From: Obrimoposthia wandeli | Lineage: Eukaryota | NCBI GenBank assembly: GCA_977020255.1 | Contig: CDROCS010000666.1 | Location: 124,001-188,000, forward strand | Length of the DNA stretch: 64,000 bases | Direction of reading: 5' to 3' | Shown here: positions 59,699 through 64,000 of the stretch, in pieces | Layout: every line of letters starts with the position of its first letter | How positions within the stretch are numbered: the first letter of the stretch is position 1 | The notes under the pieces: generated by a model | Told to the model about the DNA's origin: nothing | The model's database searches: none | What the model saw: only the letters and a program-made list of their open reading frames with translations | Made by a program: the position numbers and the translations under genes

Positions 59699-59958
59699 TT
59701 CATCCTGAAGCGATTATTGTTTAACAATCGACATCCGATGATTTGAGGTGTTAATAGTGACGTCATGAATAAGAGTATAAAAACCAATAACGTACTAAGT
59801 CGTTAGGTATTGGTTAGCTCTGAAATACTCCCCCGTAAGAGATCATTTCATTTGCTTACATTCATGCGTCATTACGTACAACATCGATGAGTATTACGTT
59901 GTTTTTCGATCGATATTGGATTGCAATTGGATCATGCTCTTACAAGAGCAATCACAAA

Positions 59959-60573
59959 TTAGGCGTGAGAAAGTTGTTGCTGATATCGCTTATGGGTGAG
60001 ATTACTCTCTTTCCAACCGGATATACGAGAAGAGGGAGGATTGGTATTTAACATCCAGTTTAATGCATCACTAAATTGTATTGTGTAACCAATAACCAAG
60101 CTAGGTGCAGGGGGCACTGGCAGTTCTATTGCTAATTGGTAGTATGGCTGAACATCTTCGGGATCATGACGAATAATATTCGCCTGACGTGAAGAGTTAG
60201 CTAAACCAAGGTGATAGGTACGACCTTCAGACGAATGTTTACGTTGTGTTTTTTCAATCGGTTGAGCGAAATTCCAAACGAGTAACGTGTCATGCGTTTG
60301 TAGTGCGTGATCATTTTCTGTCGCGCCATGCACATTAGCAAACAAAGGCTCAATATTTGATGATTCATTAATCTTTTCAGTCACAAGATGAAAAGTGTTC
60401 ACAGCTGATAAGTCAATACTGCTTATTTTCTGATTTGAAACACTACTTTCATTTTGGCTTAAAACAGTCACTCCATTTATTTCATCATTTGACAGACGAG
60501 CGTCAGCATGAGCAACAAAAGAGGCTCCGAGACATATCACCATCATTAATACACGAAATAATTTTATGAACAT
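59959..60573 (-). CDS. vemP: VemP-like secretion-monitor arrest peptide
   Basis: Sec signal peptide (..AHADA), C-terminal RISGWKESN motif matching the VemP arrest segment, directly upstream of secD-secF. Confidence 0.8.
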   Translation of the reverse strand: MFIKLFRVLMMVICLGASFVAHADARLSNDEINGVTVLSQNESSVSNQKISSIDLSAVNTFHLVTEKINESSNIEPLFANVHGATENDHALQTHDTLLVWNFAQPIEKTQRKHSSEGRTYHLGLANSSRQANIIRHDPEDVQPYYQLAIELPVPPAPSLVIGYTIQFSDALNWMLNTNPPSSRISGWKESNLTHKRYQQQLSHA

Positions 60574-60809
60574 ATTTTACAAATCAAGACAAGGTTAGTC
60601 ATTAAAAACTGAGACAATCGCATGATAATGTTCAATTACAACTGATACAAGTGATTATTAAGAATAACCTCACTTTAACTGCGTTGAATCAATCATAATT
60701 GCCCGTTATATTGCTGCATTTCGTTATAAAAAGCAGGGAAGCAAAAAAAAACACCTATAAATCTTGTTCATGGCTCTCAGGTACTCTCATCTTTTTAATA
60801 GGTTAGCTA

Positions 60810-61009
60810 TATGTACCCGAGTCACCTCAAAGTGCAGAATTCAGAGTGACCTCAACGTATTTAATTTAAGGGAGATGTAGGTATGGCACTCCCAAAGGGC
60901 GCGTTTTATTGGACTCTATACGGCGTTGCTCATTTTCAACGTAGAACCATAATTTTCAACGTAGAACCAGACCTATAAATGAGCACCTTGAGGTAACTTG
61001 GGGAGACAT
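60810..61009. mobile_element. ERIC-like MITE (~200 bp) with internal direct repeat
   Basis: Imperfect terminal inverted repeats TATGT-ACCCGAGTCACCTCAA / TTGAGGTAACTTGGGAG-ACATA; ATTTTCAACGTAGAACCA twice (60932, 60952). Confidence 0.7.
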
Positions 61010-61110
61010 ACAAAGGTTACTCATCATATCTTTATTGGAAAAAAGGAGAATTACGTTCAAATAGATGATGAGTTACAGTGTATTAGTTAGTTATTTATGT
61101 TTCTTAATAT

Positions 61111-61293
61111 TCAATTACATTTAGATAAAACCTTCATTGCCAGCATTTTTTGTTTATTTGATATTAACTGCTTATTAATAGCTTTTTGTTGCATGTCAGA
61201 AATAAAGACTTTCTCCCAAGGCGTGAATTTATCGAAATTCAGTAAAATCGCATCGTTTAGTAGGTTGAAAAATTCGTATTCGGCTGAATTCAT
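61111..61293 (-). CDS. Small hypothetical protein
   Basis: MNSAEYEFF..TPWEKVFI; follows an upstream open frame ending at 61298. Confidence 0.4.
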   Translation of the reverse strand: MNSAEYEFFNLLNDAILLNFDKFTPWEKVFISDMQQKAINKQLISNKQKMLAMKVLSKCN

Positions 61294-62648
61294 TTGATTA
61301 TTTACCATCGTTATTAAGGTGCAATTCTAAAGAAAAAAGAGTGCAATTCTCTTTCTTTTTGTTACGGTCTAAAGTAGTGATCTGATAAGAAATGTCTTTA
61401 TCCAACACGTCTCTTGTTTCAATTTCATCACAAAAGCATATCGTCACTTTATCTAGCAACTTATCAATATCTAAAGTGTCCTTTTTGATGAAAATCAGAG
61501 CTACATTACTAGTATCTTATTTTACTTGAACTAATATTAATGGTCCAATTTTGTATGACTGCCTACGTGAAATAGCGGTGCTCCTATAGTCGGATATCAT
61601 GGGTTATCTCTGGTTGACAACACCACTTTCACTCTTCTCGGCACGTCAAGCCCATACACGTAAAAAAACCTAAACATAACAAAAATATCAACCACTTATG
61701 TTACTTTACTTTTGTGAGATGAACGATACTTATTAATTTTCGAGTTGATATTGAGATAATAAAAGCCTAATAAATTAAGTCCCGACTAAGCGGTAGGAAG
61801 AAAAACACTCTAGCACACTTAACTCAAATATTGTTGGGAGTGCATGGTTTAATTTTGTTTTACTAGTTGCTGTATCTTGTGTCTAAAAAATAAGATCTGA
61901 AAGATTGATGATGGTACGAAAATAAAATCTTGATAGCTATGTATTATAAATGATTTTATTTATATTTTTGAATGTAAATGGATTTACAGTAAAACTTAAA
62001 ACCGTCTAAATTAAGATATACGCTATAGATATAATCCGAAGAAATAGTCAAGTGTATAGTAGCTCACCAATAATAACGCTTCCGTTAACCGCAGCGTTAA
62101 ATTACTCTAAGCCACATATTTTTCTTTAATCAACAATAAGAAGATTAATCGTGTTATGGTGTAAAACTTATCGTCCTTACTCTCTAGCATCGATAAGCAG
62201 ACTTTTTGTCTGTCGATTTTGTGATTTGAATTTATTTCATAACTCTGGCTTTGGATCTATTTTATTGGAAGCTTGAAATGGAAATCAAAATAATCACCGC
62301 TGTAAATGCGAAATTAAAAGAAACGGGCTTTGGTTCTATGCTCACGTGTCACGATGTATTAGCCTCCGTAAAACGTTGGGGCATTCGGGTATCGTTACTG
62401 AGTGCGATTCTCTGAGTATTTTGCAGCGATCCCTAGTGAGTATAAGGCTAAAGAAGAATTACCATTTTCATTTCCGTTATTTCTTAAGCCGACAAATGCC
62501 GTTAATGATAATTATGGTGTTTAGCATGATATCAATGCCCCCTTCCTCATTTAGACAGAGCAGCCATAAGGAATTGGCCTGTTAGTAACACTGATTATTT
62601 GTTCATAAAGTCACACCTATTGAATTTTTCATAAAAGGATACGACAAC

Positions 62649-63815
62649 ATGAATACATCAAGAATAGGAGTCATTGGGACTTCAAGAAAAGAAGATGAAC
62701 GACGATTTCCAATTCATCCTGACCATTTACTGCGTATTCCTGAAGAACTTCGTCGTCAACTAATCTTTGAGGAAGGTTACGGTGCACCATTTGGCATCTC
62801 AGATTCTGAAATTGCAGCCATAACAGGTGGTACAGCCAGTCGTCACGAATTACTGGCCGACATTGGCAGGGTTATCATTGCCAAACCAGAATTAGCCGAT
62901 TTGCAGGAGCTTCGCGAAGGCGGAACACTTTGGGGTTACGTGCATTGTGTACAGCAACAGGACATTACGCAGGCAGCGATAGATCGAAAGCAAACGCTTA
63001 TTGCCTTTGAAGATATGTATATTTGGTCTCAAAATGATCAAGTAGGTCGCCATACATTCTATAAAAACAATGAAATGGCTGGCTATTGTGCGGTATTGCA
63101 TTCCTTGCAGCTTAAAGGTATCGATGGGCATTACGGTGATCAACGCAAAACAATTATTTTTGGTTTTGGGGCTGTTAGCCGTGGCGCAATATACGCTCTT
63201 AAGGCACATGGTTTTAGAGATATCACCATCTGTATTCAGCGCCCAGAAGACGAAGTGCGTGAAGAAGTACTCGATTGTAACTATGTGAGAATTCGAGCCG
63301 GTAGCGAAGGCGAAGCACGTATGGTCGTTATGGATCACGATGGAACCACACGACCGCTGACAGATCTAATTAATGAAGCAGATATCATTGTAAACGGAAC
63401 GTATCAAAATACAGAAAACCCTACAGACTTTGTGATCGAAGCTGAAAGTGCATGCCTCAAACCCAATAGCTTAATTATTGATGTAAGTTGCGACGAAGGA
63501 ATGGGATTCTTTTTTGCCAAACCAACGACATTTAAAAATCCGATGTTTAAATATGAAACCATCGATTACTACGCAGTGGATCATACCCCTAGCTATTTGT
63601 GGGAAAGTGCAACGCGATCAATTTCTGCTGCTCTAATTGTTTATTTGCCGATTGTATTGGCGGGCTGCAATAGTTGGCAGAAAAATGAGACGATTCGACA
63701 GGCGATCAATATTCATGATGGCGTGATTCAGAAACCCTCCATTTTGTCGTTTCAAAAACGTGAACAAGACTACCCCCATAGGAATTTAAATCCTAACTCA
63801 AAGCGTATAGCCTAA
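62649..63815 (+). CDS. N5-(carboxyethyl)ornithine synthase-like protein (AlaDH/PNT superfamily)
   Basis: GTSRKEDERRFPIHP, FEEGYG, WGYVHC, NNEMAGYC, GFGAVSRGA, IIDVSCD, YAVDHTPS; SD AAGGA. Confidence 0.8.
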   Translation: MNTSRIGVIGTSRKEDERRFPIHPDHLLRIPEELRRQLIFEEGYGAPFGISDSEIAAITGGTASRHELLADIGRVIIAKPELADLQELREGGTLWGYVHCVQQQDITQAAIDRKQTLIAFEDMYIWSQNDQVGRHTFYKNNEMAGYCAVLHSLQLKGIDGHYGDQRKTIIFGFGAVSRGAIYALKAHGFRDITICIQRPEDEVREEVLDCNYVRIRAGSEGEARMVVMDHDGTTRPLTDLINEADIIVNGTYQNTENPTDFVIEAESACLKPNSLIIDVSCDEGMGFFFAKPTTFKNPMFKYETIDYYAVDHTPSYLWESATRSISAALIVYLPIVLAGCNSWQKNETIRQAINIHDGVIQKPSILSFQKREQDYPHRNLNPNSKRIA

Positions 63816-63868
63816 AAACTACCGTCAGCCGGCGTATCTTTGACGTCCGGCTGAACCTAGCATTAGCT
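63810..63868 (+). repeat. Decayed 59-bp attC-like site
   Basis: GCCTAAA (R''-like, overlaps stop) ... TCAGCCGG-CGT-ATCTTTG-ACG-T-CCGGCTGA hairpin ... ATTAGCT (R'-like); 59 bp. Confidence 0.45.
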
Positions 63869-64000
63869 TTTCTACATTTTATAGCAAATACAAATCGCCC
63901 TACAATTATCGATACCACTACATTTTCTATACAGCGCAAATAAGAAAGCCTAAGAGTAAATAATATTAAATGCTTTAAAGCGGATTAAGACTAATTACCA

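Noticed and set aside
62276-62585. Short ORFs upstream of the ceo-like gene (45 aa MEIKII..., 79 aa MSRCIS...)
   Set aside because: No motifs; not supportable as genes
830-63338. Dozens of 60-155 aa ORFs overlapping the called genes on the opposite strand or in shifted frames (e.g. 16198-16575, 22946-23362, 25139-25606, 62892-63338)
   Set aside because: Shadow ORFs of well-supported genes; no motifs, no SD, atypical composition
1-64000. tRNA/rRNA genes
   Set aside because: No cloverleaf/T-loop (GTTCGA) context or rRNA-like segments noticed

Overview
AT-rich (~40% GC by eye) chromosomal window, most likely from a Vibrionaceae genome (inferred from a vemP-secD-secF locus, torYZ and Vibrio-type small genes; genus cannot be fixed from sequence). 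It has five parts. (1) 1-21.5 kb is an accessory array of small, unrelated, mostly + strand genes and pseudogenes, punctuated by at least six eroded copies of an attC-like repeat, with no integrase in the window; torYZ and a diguanylate cyclase sit inside it on the - strand. (2) 22-47.4 kb holds two adjacent, intact but divergent inositol (iol) catabolic gene sets, each with its own RpiR regulator and transporter. This is the strongest candidate for an undescribed system: a second cyclitol pathway. (3) 48.8-55 kb is a complete pgaABCD (PNAG) operon. (4) metC, then secF, secD and a VemP-like arrest peptide with a divergent stall motif and an unusually long spacer. (5) An ERIC-like MITE, eroded ORFs, and an N5-(carboxyethyl)ornithine-synthase-like gene followed by a decayed 59-bp attC-like site. 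No rRNA, tRNA, CRISPR array or intact transposase was seen. Family assignments come from motif recognition and recalled family features, not from database searches.
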